Source of the DNA: Vicugna vicugna | Lineage: Eukaryota | Length of the DNA stretch: 64,000 bases | Reading direction: 5' to 3' | NCBI GenBank assembly: GCA_013265495.1 | Contig: MU058017.1 | Location: 381,919 to 445,918, forward strand | The notes under the pieces: generated by a model | Told to the model about the DNA's origin: nothing | The model's database searches: none | The model's input: only the letters and a program-made list of their open reading frames with translations | In this document: positions 1-13,710 of the stretch, in pieces | Layout: each line of letters begins with the position of its first letter | Position numbering within the stretch: position 1 is the stretch's first letter | Position numbers and translations under genes: made by a program

Positions 1-794
1 CTCTTATTATATTTTAAATTTACATTAAATATCTCTAAGAAAGTGTTCCTAACCATAGCCTAGCCTAATGATTTCATGATTTTATGGAAAAATCTCAAGG
101 CACATTATGTCGAAGCTTCCAGAAAAAAGCAATCTTTCACTATATCTTTTCATGATCTCTTGCTTTTTTTTCATGAATGGATGCCTTAAAGGTAATGAAT
201 CTAAATAACCCTTCCTTTTTTTCAATCAAAACCCCTTGTTGAGACTGTTTACAGGAATCCCTTGCAGGGAGTTGAGGCAAAAGAAGAACACTTAGGCTTT
301 GTGGCCAGAGGGGGCCCTCACGCCCCCCTGCTGCTCCTGGGAGCCAAGATAAACATGCTTGGCAAGGAGTGATTTGCTCACCCACCCTGTCAACTCGGAG
401 GTGAAGGTTTGCGACTGTGGTGTTGCTACTCCACCCAACTTCTGTTCCATTTTTAATATACCTTTGTGATAACATGTATTGTATCCATTAAAAAAAACTT
501 TTGAAGGTGTGGCTGACGAGAGGAAAGCAATATCCTGCCACTGCCTCAGACTCGAAAGGCCCTCCAGTCCCAGTTCGTGGCCCACCCTCTCTCTGCCAGC
601 TTGTACAGCCCAGGCTCTGCATTTTGTTCAGTAAAAGCAACAACATCCACATACCTCAGCACCTGGGAAAATGCCATCAATTGTCCCTAGTCATGTGTGC
701 TCTGGCAAACACCCAGCTCACAGAGAGAATATTAGCACACCTTGCTTCCCTCAACAAATGTGTTGCTGAAACTCTGCATAAAAATCAAATGTTT

Positions 795-1077
795 GCCAGA
801 AACAGACTCACAGACATAGAGAATAAACTTATGGTTACCATGGGGTAAAGGGGATTGAGAAAGGATAAACTGGGAATTCAAAATTTGTACCTCTTGGGGA
901 GTGATGGAAATGTCAGCTGTCTTGATTGTGGTGGTGGTTTCTTGGGTATATACACCTATCAAAATTCATCAAATTGTACATCTGAAATATGTGCAGTTTA
1001 CTGTACAGGAATCATACCACAATAAAGATGTTAAAAATTAAAATTTAAAAAAATTTAAAATTAAAAATAAAATTAAT
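795..1077 (+). mobile_element. 5'-truncated L1 3'-UTR insertion (apparently chimeric) with A-rich tail and perfect 14-bp TSD
   Basis: L1 3'UTR motif AAACAGACTCACAGACATAGAGAATAAACTTATGGTTACC; AATAAA plus A-rich tail at about 1021-1077; direct repeat AAAATCAAATGTTT at 781-794 and 1078-1091. Confidence 0.85.
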
Positions 1078-2249
1078 AAAATCAAATGTTTACAAGTGAA
1101 ATCACTTTTTGAATGCTCTGGGAATTTGCCGCTTGTCGAATAATGCAGAGGGTTATTTACTGAATGATGGAATTCCTTTGTAAATTAATAATGACCCTTT
1201 ATCTGTTTTCACATTTAGAATTTTGGAGTCTGGTTTTCCTTAAAGCAAAAGACACCTGAATCATAAGTTTCTCCACTATAAGTGTCATTTAATCTCGGAG
1301 AGCTCAGTTTTCCTTAGGGGCACCAGACTCAATGATCTCTGCAGTCCTTCCCAGCTTGAAATCCACTTTCTTACTGAGGCAGTCTAGGAACAACTAGAGA
1401 AATGTCTTTTTGTTTGGTTATTCTCTTGGACTTTATCACACCATTCATCATCCGAGCAAGTGTGCTTCTGCTATCTGTTTCTCGAACAGTTCCTTGTGAT
1501 GCTTCATGATGCCATAGAGAACTGTGGGCGTAGTAAACTGATATTTTGCAGCTCCTCAGAGATCTCTTTCAATTGCAACCTATCTGGCATTATTTTTAGC
1601 CCAGAGAAAAATTATCATAAGAGATCAGAGGTGCTTCTATCAACTTCACAGGTTAAGACCTTCTTTCTGGATGCTCCCTGGAGCATAAGACACTATCTAC
1701 AATATTTCATTATTTGTTATGCGCACTAGTGAGACGCAAAGGGAAAATCATGTTAATTCAACTTCATATTCTGGAAAAGAATACTACAAGTTAATTAGAT
1801 TATTCACCCAAGTCACCCAGTTGGTAACTAATGAAGCAAAAGATGCTTGATTTTGTGACACAATTACTAGGCTACATTGCTGGAAGTTGAAATGTCTGAC
1901 ATCAGAAGTATTTTAGTTAAAAGCCTCCCATATCATCCCCTCTAAACATCACACTCTTCATCCAGGGAATCTGCATTCACCAACTCATCCTTGGAATAAT
2001 CTCAAGAACAAAAGGCAACTGAAATTGAACTGAAGTATTTATGAGCTATTGCTGGTGTACCTCAGATCATCCAAGACACAAGCCTTCAAACACAGAGATG
2101 AAAAAAGTGTGTGATTCATGTCAGTGCTATTTCATCTCATTTCATGGCATAAATAAGTATGATAATCAATAGGGAATGGCTTGGCAAACTTTAAGAACTG
2201 ATAACTGTATTTGGCATTATTGTTGGTTGTAGAAATAATAGCACTATAA

Positions 2250-3190
2250 ACTGTCAGACATTTAAAAGATTATTAGGAGACATTATGAAATACTTTATGC
2301 CAGTAAATATGACAATTTATATGAAATTATTACCAAACTGACACACAAAAAATAAAAACCTGAAAGGTCCAATCTTATGAAAGAAATTGAACCTATTTTT
2401 ATAAATCTTCCCACAAAGAAGACTCTACTTTCCAGATAGTTTCACCAGTGAATTATTTCAGAATTTAAAGAATAAATAACAGTAATCTAACACAAATCCT
2501 TCCAGAGAATAGAAAAAAGAGATGAGAGACCTTCTCCTACTTACTATCAGCCCAGTAGAATCTTACAAGGACACTATAAAAAAAGAAAAACAGCAGATTC
2601 ATAGATGCAAAAATAAAAAACAACCTTAGTATGATCAAATGGGCTTTTTTTCAGGAATGCAAGGATGGTTTATGAGTCAAAATTATTTAATGTAATTCAC
2701 TACATTTATAGGAAAAAAGAGAAAATCATGTAATAAGTTCAATAGTTTCTGAAAAAGCATTCGATAAAGTTCAACACCTATTTATGATAGAAGTACCTAG
2801 CAAACCAAGGGAACTTTTTTAATCTGACAGTGTACTCAACAAAAATTCAATAGTAAACATTATCCTTACTTGTGACTTCTGGAACAAGGCAAGGATGCCC
2901 ACTACCACCATTTTTGTTCAAAATACACTCAACGTCACAGTCAGTGTAATAAGAAAGAAACAGAAATAAAAGTTATAAGAATAGGAAAGGAAAAATGTAA
3001 TTTTCATTATTCATAATTAGAATTAATAAATGCATATATCAAGCCCCTTGGATACAAGGTCCAATATTTAAAAAGCTATTAACTTTTATATACAAACATT
3101 AAACAAATAGAAAATGAAACTATAAAATATATTATTTACAATAACATTTAAAACATTAGCTAAGCAGGTATGTGTGAAGGAATTTAGGGT
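2250..3190 (+). mobile_element. Ancient, internally deleted L1 (L1M-type) ORF2 remnant
   Basis: Decayed L1 ORF2 motifs (ACTTTATGCCAGTAAATATGACAA, CAGGAATGCAAGGATGGTTT, GAAAAAGCATTCGATAAAGTTCAACA, GGAACAAGGCAAGGATGCCCACT); A-rich; no open frame. Confidence 0.8.
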
Positions 3191-3944
3191 ATAAACATCA
3201 AGAAATTACTGTTTTTTGAGTAATATAATATGATGGGAAAACCGCTAAAAAATAGACCCCAAATCCATGTAAATAAAACTAAATTTTGATAATAATTTTT
3301 AAAACCAATCCCCAAGTCTTTTTCTTCCTCATCCTTTCTTTTGTTAGCCGATACATTTCTTAAAAGCAAGATATCAAAGCTATTTGAATATTTATCAGTG
3401 ATTCTGTGATAACATCAGAAAATAGAAATGGACTCTAGGAGAGTATTCTTTAAAGCCACTGGTTTTAAATTGGGTTTTATATCTTAGAGAAAGAGTACCA
3501 AAAGGAATAAATTCATATATGATGGTCAGAGGTCTTTCTTGGTCTCTTAAAAGCATGTAATCAGATAAATTCCTAATGCAGAATATCTTGTAGTATATCA
3601 CGTGAAATTATACAAAGTGTCTAGAGAAGCAATTTTGAATAGAGAACTTCTGAATACCATCTCAAGCAAGGTCTAGAGAACTCAATATTATGTGACTTTA
3701 TGATGAATTTGCTAGACAGCACGGCCAACTACTAGTCTTCCATTGTACTTTTCCATACAGTTCCTCAATCAGAACAGTTCTAGCTGTCTATGGGAAGGCT
3801 CTGCAAGACAAAGAACTAAGATTTGGCCATCTGCACACAGACCACAAATGAATTACTCAGGGTGTACTGGCAAAGGGACTTGAACTTAAGGACATGGGAC
3901 AATCTGCACAGGTTGCCAGTGCTTTGTGAGAGTTGTGAGAAAAG

Positions 3945-4496
3945 AAAAGGGGAATTAAAAAAAATTTATTGGCATAATTTACATTGGACAACATGAGTAC
4001 ATTCCAGTCAATCTACTTCATAGACATGATCTCATTGGTCTCCCCAACATCCTTATGAGGAAATGAGGGGGATGAGTGTGACTCCACCCTTTAGGCCAAA
4101 AGCCCCATCCTTCACTCCCACTGTGGCTAGGAGTGGGTGGAACACATTTATCCAGGGGAACAAATGACCACCTTCCTTGCTTCCCCTCAACATGTGGGTG
4201 AACAAGTTTGACTTTCCCTGCTTGAGGCCATACAATTCCCAAAACAGCTTGTCTGAAATGTTGGGGACTGAGTCACTAGCCAATGATAATTCTCAAACAA
4301 CTGCTGGTTTGTTTCTCAACCATTGTTTAGCATTCTGACTTGGACTTGATACACCATGTAACGTAAGTGCCTGGGATGAAATCTTCCTTGTTGGCCTAGA
4401 GGAGACTTTTAAGAAAGGGAAGACAATGGTGAATATGGAAGAGGAGTCATTTTGTACTTTTGCACTAGAAGGAGATGTTGTTAGCACCATGTTCAT
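3945..4496 (-). other. Candidate spliced terminal exon (parent transcript unknown)
   Basis: Minus strand reads CTGAC (branch-like)...AAATTTTATCTTCTAG|ATGAACATGG with AG at 4498-4497; AATAAA at 3970-3965 followed by a U-rich tract. Signal-based only. Confidence 0.35.
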
Positions 4497-6289
4497 CTAG
4501 AAGATAAAATTTGAGATCAGGTAAAGTCAGCACATTGGGCATCCTGAAATTTTCTCAGATAGTAAACTAGACATCCATTTTTCTGTTGTTTTTTTCCTGC
4601 AACTAGATTACCTCTCAAGATTTATTCTACTTCTCCCTTGTGTGTAACTAAAAATAATCTGTAGCAGAATTGTTCAAATTCTCCATCGAAACAGTTATTA
4701 GTGATTATAATTTTGAGGGGAGCTCATTGGGAAAGAGAACACTATAATGACAAAAATCCATCAGATAGTATTTTTCACATTAGGAAATATAGGATAATTT
4801 ATCTTAAAACCACTCTTTTGGACTCATGTTTGAGTATCCTATAAAGATATTCTTAGATTTTTCTTTCTCCCGCTACAAATAAGACTGTCCCAAATACTGA
4901 GGGATGAAAAGCACAGAAGATTATTCTCTGTATAAATGTTGACACACGAACTCACTCTACGCACATATGGATATCTCTTACGGATATAGAACTCAGCAAC
5001 TTCTAGCAGTCATCTGAGATGAGCACCATATGTGACATAATAACCCATTATTTCACTAAAGCTTTCAGAGCTTAAGAAAATAGCCTGAGGAGTAAGACTG
5101 CTTCTTTCTGAGCCAAGGTTGCAATCTTCTAAGTCCAAGACGTGCTTGAAAACAGTCATTAGGTAATTGTAAAAGCCAAGGGAGATCAGTTTAAGAATAT
5201 GAAATCATATTACTACCAACTGCCCTTTTCTGTATTCAATCCAGACAGAAGCTGGACACATGGGATGTGACATTTGTATAACAAAGAATAGGAGAAAAAG
5301 AGAGCAATCTTCCCATCTATATTCTCTTTGTAGAATTTTATTACTAGCTGCTCCCTATAATCCCCAGAAAATGGGAAAATTATATTTGTTCAATACGTTA
5401 TGGAAAGTCTTCTTCTGTCTTTCTGTGACGTAGTTTCAGGTCATTATTAGGCAATTGCATTTCATGTATCATTAGAAGCCTATTAGTTTATTGAAATCAA
5501 CAAGATAAAAGGCTGTTCTTGATATCAAATAAAGAGCTTTGAAATGGAAGTCAGAATACTTCACTCCCCCTAACTTGGTGAATGATCATGAGACTTGAGA
5601 TAAAGTATCTCTACAGGTCTTTCCAGAATTACTCTACTCTTTTTGCAAATTGCTTAATATTTGTAGAAAAGCTTCTATCTGTTTCTAGCATGGCAATGAT
5701 GGAGGCAGAACCTCTACTTGAGATAGTAAGAAAAACAGGCCAACACATTTACAAGAAGAATTACTGGGCTAAAAGATACACAAATATGGACTGGGGTGTA
5801 TTTTTAATACCCAGAGAAATTTCCTTCCCTGAGTTACTTCATTAGCAACTGTTTCATTACCTATCCCTGGCTAAGATTTTCCAGTAATTCTAGGTCAGCA
5901 ACTGTAGACTCTATTTTCTAAGAAAAATCTCTTGTATTTTCCAACTGCAAAATTTTTACACCAATGGCCTTGTTCCTTAAGGGTCTAAAGGAGACTGAAA
6001 GATTAGAATGGAAAAAAAAAAGATTTACATAGGAAGAAGATCTGGCTGGGGAGTATATCTAGTCTAGAAACAAAATATGTGGCTGGCTTAATAAAAGTTA
6101 TCAAGAATATAAAAGACCAGCTGCTCTATATTTTATCAGAGACTAGAACCTAAGGAAACCACTTTCAATTACAGTAGAAAGGGGCCCTTTGGGTTGGAAC
6201 CAAAGAAGAATTTCCTAGTTGGGGCTCTGAAACAAGTCACTAAGGGAGATTGCCACACCTCTCAAGAATATCTTGACACCAGGACAGAT

Positions 6290-6490
6290 ATTAGCCCATG
6301 TGTATTAAGGGTTTCTATATTAAGGCTCTGCACTAAGCACAATATATTCATTATCTCCTTTCACAACAGCCCTATGACTGAAATGTTATTGTTATTCTCA
6401 TTTTATTGAGAAGACTGCCATTTGTTAAGTACCTAACAAGCAGAAGAGCTGGGATCTGAACTCCAGAGCAAGCTCTCTTCACCATTAGGA
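6290..6490 (-). mobile_element. MIR SINE fragment
   Basis: TCACAACAGCCCTATGA...TTATTCTCATTTTAT...AGCAGAAGAGCTGGGATCTGAACTCCAG resembles the reverse MIR consensus. Confidence 0.65.
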
Positions 6491-6989
6491 TTGATGAAAT
6501 GGCTATGCGACAAGAAAAGCAAGCTATAGGATTTGATTTTCATGTGTGGGAAACCCCTTTATAAAGAGAAATATAATCTGACATTCCCCATCTCCACCAA
6601 GTCTTGAAATCATTAGAAAAGGCTTAAGTGGCTGAGAGTTGTGTAAAGACCACAGAACATGTAAGAATTTATCAGCTATGTGACCTCAGGCATGTCCCTT
6701 AACCGCTGATGCTCAGTTTCCTCTTCCACCTATTCAACACTATTACATCAGAAATTCAATGGTGAATAAAATCTGGAAAATGAGAAAAATAATAACGACC
6801 TCCCGCATTGCCCTGGGTACCACTCAGTCAGCACCCATTCCCATCCCGCTCTCCCTTCTGCACCAGAGACTCAAGTTACAGAAGGAAGAAATTTCTGACA
6901 TTAAGTTTTGTGAAACATGCTTCTAAGTGCAGAAGGGAAGAATAGAGAATTGATATCTTCTGAATGAAAGACGAATGTTTCAGAAAAAG

Positions 6990-7245
6990 TCCAGAGAGAA
7001 AAAGCACCAACTTTTTTGTTATTCACTTTCTCTTGTGTACTTTAATAGAATTTTTTCATACCTCTATTTACAACTCTTATCATATTTTAATTGTTCTTTC
7101 ACATGTCTTTTTCCCCTGTGAGATTCTGGATTCTAGAAGACAAAGTCTATCTTTTCCTTCTTCCCTTATCTACCAAAGTCATAACAAGCCCTGAGCCTAG
7201 CAGATTGTAGGCACTCATTAGACATTTGTTGAATGAATGAATGTT
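6990..7245 (+). mobile_element. L2 LINE 3' end
   Basis: Ends in GTAGGCACTCATTAGACATTTGTTGAATGAATGAATG, the typical L2 tail. Confidence 0.7.
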
Positions 7246-8039
7246 CCTGGCTGGAAAAAGGAGAATAAAATCACAGGAGAGAAAAATATAAATTGAACCT
7301 TATTTCACATACTGAGACTGATCATTCATTGAAAACGGAAATTCTTTTTTGCTTTATTTAGATGTGGGAAGAGCTATAACTAGGCACAATATGTAAGCAT
7401 CTTTCACAATTGTTTAAAACCTCCAGGACTCCCTTCTCAGCAGCTTAAGAGACAGAACAAATTCTGGTTTGTGAAAGGGAGTGAGTGGTCCTGCTGGGAT
7501 GCAGGTGGAGAGGACCACATGATTTCTTATAGCCTGAGCTTCAGTGATTCAGTGATTCCAAATGAATGCTCAGGGATCCTTCCAATAAAATGATTCTTTC
7601 CAGCTACCCTGACTGTGCCTTGAACAAGCTCACTGAAAAGGAAGAGTCCAAATATTTAATCCAATATTGTCATGTTGCAAACATTCTGTTTTTACATCAA
7701 TGGATTCTTTCAGCCAAGCAGAAGTGCTCTGAATGTTGACTTGGAACCACTGTGACTTTGCCTCCATATGATCAGAACAATAAGCTGAAAAATCAAACAT
7801 TCTGTGAAAACAGGTTTGGGGGCCAAGATCTGAAGTGAGCTATTTTTTTAGGTGGATTGACTAAGTAAACTATTTGGAAGAGTCAAACAGGTTCAGCTCC
7901 TGGGACCTACCGCGTGGTCATCAGGTCTGAAATCTCAGAGTGTCCTGCATTCACTCAGGCTTTCAGTATCAGGTGATGTGAGCCAAACATGCCATGGAGA
8001 CCATACTTAGAGCATGAATTTATAAGAGCTGTCTTTTCA

Positions 8040-8250
8040 AGTTTGTGTACTGAGCACCTCCTGGGTGAATACAACTATACTAGATATCTTCTATTTTTCT
8101 CTATAATCCTAAAAACAATCCTGGAAGGCAGAAGTCATTATTTCCATTCTTTATCTGTAGAATTGGGGCTTCAGAGAGGTTATACAAACTGCCCAACACT
8201 GTCCAGCTACTAAATTAGAGTCAAGATTGAGATTCAAATGTATCTCTGCT
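8040..8250 (-). mobile_element. MIR SINE fragment
   Basis: AATCCTAAAAACAATCCTGGAAGGCAG...GGCTTCAGAGAGGTTATACAAACTGCCCAA resembles the reverse MIR core. Confidence 0.65.
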
Positions 8251-10504
8251 AGCCTTCCTAAGTAGTAGGGTGGCACACTGTTGGATCATTTACAAGCATC
8301 TGAGCCTGAAAGCTGTGAAAACATAGACCAGTAGACAGAAAGCATTATTGAATGAGTAGCTGTTATTTTTTAACGAGAGTTTGTCTTTTGCTTTAAGCCA
8401 GTTGTTCATCTTTTTCCCACTGAAATGGAGAGTTGTCAGATCTCAACAATCCATTTCCCACTGCTATTTGTGAATTGTCTGTATTATTTTAATGACAGAA
8501 TCATTTCTTAAGGTAGGGTAGTGTATTTTCTTCATAATGTCTGAATTTGGCACCTTGTAGAATAATTTTCTGAACGGGAATTGTGCTTCCATTACCTAAT
8601 TGCAAAATGTTGCCAAAATTTAAAAAGGTTCTGGGAAGGGGAGGCAGTGCAAGAATTCAAGTGGACCTCAAGGTCTTGCTCTTAAAAGAAATGGAAATAT
8701 TTTTGGACTGGATTGTCATCCTATTTGTTGGTGTAACTACAACTGGAAAGGGAGAATAAAAGGCAGTACTTTTCTCCCCACTTTCTCTAGTAATACCTAC
8801 AACTGAATTATGCTATCCTAAAGAAAATATTTCTGAGTATTTTGCAAGTTTTACCATCTTCAAAAAAAAAGTTAATATACTAGTTTAATGCCTCACTCTA
8901 AGGAATAAATAAATTTATTCTTAATGTAATAAGAACTCTAAGAAAAAATGATGTCAATCAACTACACTGAAAGCTCAAGCAGTAAGAAGACAAATGCAAG
9001 TAATGCAAGATACAGCGTTAAAAGTTGGAGAGGATGCTGTTTAATTAACACTGTCTCACTATCATCAAAGGTGGTGAGAAGGAACAGGAATTTGTATACC
9101 CATTGTGTGCCCAAAATATGAATACTTTTCAAATGCTACAAATTTCAATCTTTTATTTTGAATTATATTTTACATACATAATCTCAAAATGATATTAACT
9201 TAGTTATATTCTACTAGATAAGAAAATTAGGATATTATTTCCATCGTTGTTAATCTTTCTCAGTTTCCTCATGAACTTAAAAATCTGTCAAATAAAATAT
9301 GTCAGTACGAAGAAAAGAAGAGACTACCCCTTCCCTGCACCGTCCATACCATACCCTATGTCACTACACATTTTTCTCCCCTTTTCTCTATGTTGTAGAA
9401 TTTTCAAGTCTATTAAAAAAAATTCTGGTATGTTGTTTTTCCATTTATAATTCTTCTAATGGCTTGCCACATAGAATAGCAAAAGATTTTGTTTTCAATC
9501 CAAACACATATGTATACTAAAAGCCTATAGTCAGGTCACGTTGATTTTGCTTATTTAAGTCTGTAATATGGTAATAAATTGAATACATTCTTAATAAGAG
9601 TGCTAATTCATCCACCACAGCAATTTTCTGTGATTAAAAAAAATACGGATATAATAGTCAGGCTACCTTACCCATGTGAGGTACTTAGCTGGGGACTTGG
9701 CAATCTTTTCAACCATTCAAGGATTTTTAACTTTTTCTTGTTTTCAGTATTACATAAAATAATTTTGCCTCTAATAAATATCTTAATATTATTCCTACTC
9801 TTTATCAAATGCTGGAACAGAAATCCCCCAAAGGTAGTTACTTTTGAATTTTCACAATCTCTCTTCATGAGAATTAACCAGGTAGCCCTAAATGGAGCCT
9901 AAAATTTGCCAGACAAGGCAAAATAAATTTAAACAATAGGTTGCATCCTGAAAACAATAGTAGAATCAACGGTTACACTTTTGACCAAAGATCTGCACTC
10001 AATTTTTACTGGAATCTACCCCAATATCATATAATTTTAGTGATATGCCATAGTCAATTTAGTACCAACTTTTTTACAACATGTGAAAATTAAGAAAACA
10101 GAACAATAAAGTAGCTAATCATTCATTTCTCTTAGTGTTAGTTTATTCAACAGATTTCAGAGAGTGTAAATCCATAAAAGGGTCCACAAAGTAAGAACCA
10201 GAGGACCCTGGGGAGAGGGCTATACCAAAGCCAGGAGCCAGAGGAATACCTTCCTTCCCCTCAACTAATGAGAACAGTGAAGGTTCAAGAGGAGGTCTCC
10301 CAAGGTCCAGAGGCAGAGAAATAGTCTTAAAAGCAGGAGGACATTGGGGGCTAGCTGACTAGGCCACATAGAGGATGCACCTGATGGATAAGTGTCAACG
10401 TGATCACCACAGTGACCTCGGCCAAGCTGTCTAACTGCCCATCTCTCAAAGTCCAGAAGCCACAGAGCCACCCAGCAACAGGTGGACCAAAACTTGCCAA
10501 GTCA

Positions 10505-10690
10505 GAGAGAGAATGAGTCCCACTTGCCTCCACTGCCTTTTTGACTTTAGGTAAATCACTGAAACTCTCCGTTCCCCTTCCCTAATCTGTAAAATGTTGA
10601 TAAATAAAATGAACGTGCTAAAGATTATAAGACAATGAAGGTAAAAAGCATGTTGTGTGCTATCTGGTGCTCTGTAAATGTTAGTAATCT
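10505..10690 (+). mobile_element. MIR SINE
   Basis: TGACTTTAGGTAAATCACTGAAACTCTC...TTCCCTAATCTGTAAAATG...GGTGCTCTGTAAATGTTAG. Confidence 0.65.
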
Positions 10691-11454
10691 TTATCTGTTC
10701 GTGTGTGTACTATTAGCATGCAATAAGTAATTCTAAAACGTTCACATTGCACAAACAGAGAGGGTAGATGAGGGAACTGCCCTCGGTGTGATGAGGCTGG
10801 GTTTAGGGAGCTCTCTTGGGCAGGAGGTTGCAGCTATGCACACAAGCACACCAATCCATACATACACTAGGTGGTGACAGTTACAAGACTCTATTCTGCA
10901 CTCTGGACGCTACCTGACTGCTTACAAACATACTCGATATGGGCCAGAAAAAAACCCGATACTGTTCTTATTCAGGGTACACACCACAAAGCAACATTTA
11001 GGAAGGCTTCAGTGAGAAACTTATAATAACAACAAGTAACTTAATATGTTTGTTATGAAAATTAATAAAACCATGTAAGTGAGAGCATAACAAATGTTTA
11101 TAATTTTGAAGCATTCATGAATAATTGTTCAGCCACTATCACAACATTTCCTCATACTCTGCATCTTCCAAATCACTTGATGAATTATTTTATCCAAAAA
11201 TTGCCTGTGAAAGAAGGCAGCACAGAGCAAGTTAGCTTAAGATTCTATCAAGCAGCTGTTACACCACCAGCACTTCTTCACCTGCAGGATCGTTGATCCT
11301 CATGCAAAACCCCAAAGAACCTCTCATACAATTAGAAAAAAAAATGTTCCAAGTAGGTATATGTTTAACTATATTTTGTAATTTAATACAGTAAAAATCA
11401 GAGATCCATTTATGCTATACGTGGAAATACATATCCATTCTCAAACCACACCAA

Positions 11455-11935
11455 ATGATAGTCTATAGTTTCCTACTGCTATAACAAATCACCACAAACT
11501 TAGTGGCATAAAACAACATAAATTTATTATCTTATGGTCTGGCAGTCAGAAGATCAAAGAAGTCTTACAGGGCTAAAATCAAGGTGTCATCACCTTCTGG
11601 AACTAAAGGGGAAAATCCATTTCCTTGCCTTCTTTAGCTTCCAGAAGCAGCCTGCATTCCCTGGTTTGTGGCCCCTTCCTCCACCTTTAATCATATCACA
11701 CCAACCTCTGCTTTCTTCATCATGTCTCCTTTCTGATGCTGACTCTCCTCCCATCCTTCTATAAGAAAGAACCTTTGCGACTAGACTGGGCCCACTCAGA
11801 CAACCCAAGATAATCTCCCCATCCCTAACTTCATCATATCTAGAAACTCCTTTTTGTTAAGTAAAATAATACATTCACAAGTTCCAGAGATTAAGACATG
11901 ACATTTTAGGGGGTGTAGTACTCAGCATACCACAG
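11455..11935 (-). mobile_element. ERVL-MaLR solo LTR (MLT1-type)
   Basis: TAGTTTCCTACTGCTATAACAAATCACCACAAACTTAGTGGCATAAAACAACATAAATTTATTATCTTA...GGGCTAAAATCAAGGTGTCA...CCCAAGATAATCTCCCCATC is the reverse-MLT1 signature. Confidence 0.85.
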
Positions 11936-12074
11936 ATAGTACTTACCATTACATTTTCTCTTAAAAAAAAAATGCACTGGGAGCACAAAAAGTGTGTTTC
12001 AATGTGCCCGATGAGCCTTTGTGATTGAGTTCTGCAGTCATTACGTCCAATTCTTCCTGCCTACATCATTCTAA

Positions 12075-12295
12075 CACAAGGTTTCACATGTTCGGCCCTA
12101 TTAATATTTTGGATCAGGTATTTCTTTGTTGTGGGGCACTGTCCTGAGCACTGTGGGAACTTTAGAAACACCCATGGCTTCTACCCACTAGATGCCGGTA
12201 GCACTTTCCTTACAGTTGTGACAATGAACAATGTGTTCATACATAGTCAAGTGTCCCCTGGGTGGAAAAATCACCCTCAGTGGAGAACTACTCAT
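12075..12295. mobile_element. MER20-like hAT-Charlie non-autonomous DNA transposon
   Basis: TTCTTTGTTGTGGGGCACTGTCCTGAGCACTGT...CTACCCACTAGATGCCGGTAGCAC...AGTTGTGACAA...GTGGAGAACTACT. Confidence 0.85.
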
Positions 12296-13379
12296 CTAAC
12301 AGAAAGCAGCCAAAATTTTTAATGGCCTCTTTAAAGGCAATAACTCATAGAAGGCAAAAGATCTGGAGGTACAGACTGATGGCTAATCTTAAGGGGGCAA
12401 ATGTGAGTCATATATCTCCGCACTGCAGGCTAAATTTACTGCTCGATGTATTTGTCCAAAAGAGACAGAACTTACTCATTGGCAGTAACTCATCTATGTG
12501 ACGGGTCCAGTGTGGGTCATGAGGCTTTCATACATACATATGAGGTTTTCAACTCTTTGGATATCAGGCTGAGTAGTGCCTTGTTACACAATGTCTTACA
12601 AAAGCTGTGAGCTCATGTCTCACTAGCTTTCTTTCCACAGATCATAATCTCCTCAACCTATATCCTGCAATCTTTCCAGTATCTTATGTTGGTTCTCAAA
12701 CACAGGGGTGATGATGCTTCAGAGGGGACACAGGCCAGGCCCCAGAACTCACTTCTTGGCTCACCCCCCAGGCACTGAGTCCTGATATTTGGTCACGTGT
12801 GCACCTCTTTCTCAGTTTCTTTTTACCATTAACTACCTGGTATTCGTCTTGCAATCGATTTTCATTTTTCAAACATTAATACTACTTCAGCAATAAGATA
12901 TGTGAATCGTATTTTTAGAATGCTTTCATAGTTTTTCTAAAGTGCACTGAATTAAATACATAATTATAAAGGATTTCATGTTTGTCCGTGTGACATTTAC
13001 AAGTATCTCAGAATTAGATGCACATAGGATACTTAAAAAAACTGCCCTGGAGGAGACCAATATCAGCAAAACCCTGATATTTGTGTCTAAATCTAAAGAT
13101 GTTTTTCCCATCTATTCAAGTTCCTCACGGTTAAGAGACCATCAAAATACAGCAAACCAAACTGCTCGCTCTGACAATCAGAAGGAAAACCTTAGGTAAC
13201 TATTTTCATGCTTTTAAATATCTTCCTTCTCATTTTCCTTTAAAATAACGAATAGTTAAGATTTATTCCCTTAAAAAACAAACAGCATTACTAGGTAGTT
13301 TGTACTGGTATGTTTAGCACAAGACATTAGCCAGATAACCACAGAAAAAGCAAACGAAAAAATTGGGGAAAATAATCTA

Positions 13380-13710
13380 GACCAGGATTTCCCAAAGTGT
13401 ATTCCACCGAACATTAATTCTACAGGATCTTCAGAGACATTATATGAAGAAAAAAAAAAAAGTCGGGGGAGATTGGCAGAGATCTATAGTCAAATAAGTT
13501 GAAGAAATGCTGTTAAACAAAACCAAAGGATTTTTTTTTTATTGTAAGACTTCTCGGAGACTCTCACATTCTACTGTACTTTGTGAAACTTAAGGGAAAT
13601 ATATATTAAGCAGGCAGTCCTAAATTTATTTATCAACAAAAATCCTTTTTGTTTCCTCAGAGCATTTCATAGGACTAATGTTCTAAGGAACATATTTTAG
13701 GAAATGCCGA
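13380..13710. mobile_element. hAT-type non-autonomous DNA transposon relic
   Basis: Imperfect terminal inverted repeats GGATTTCCCAAAGTGTATTCC ... GGAACATATTTTAGGAAATGCC. Confidence 0.55.
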
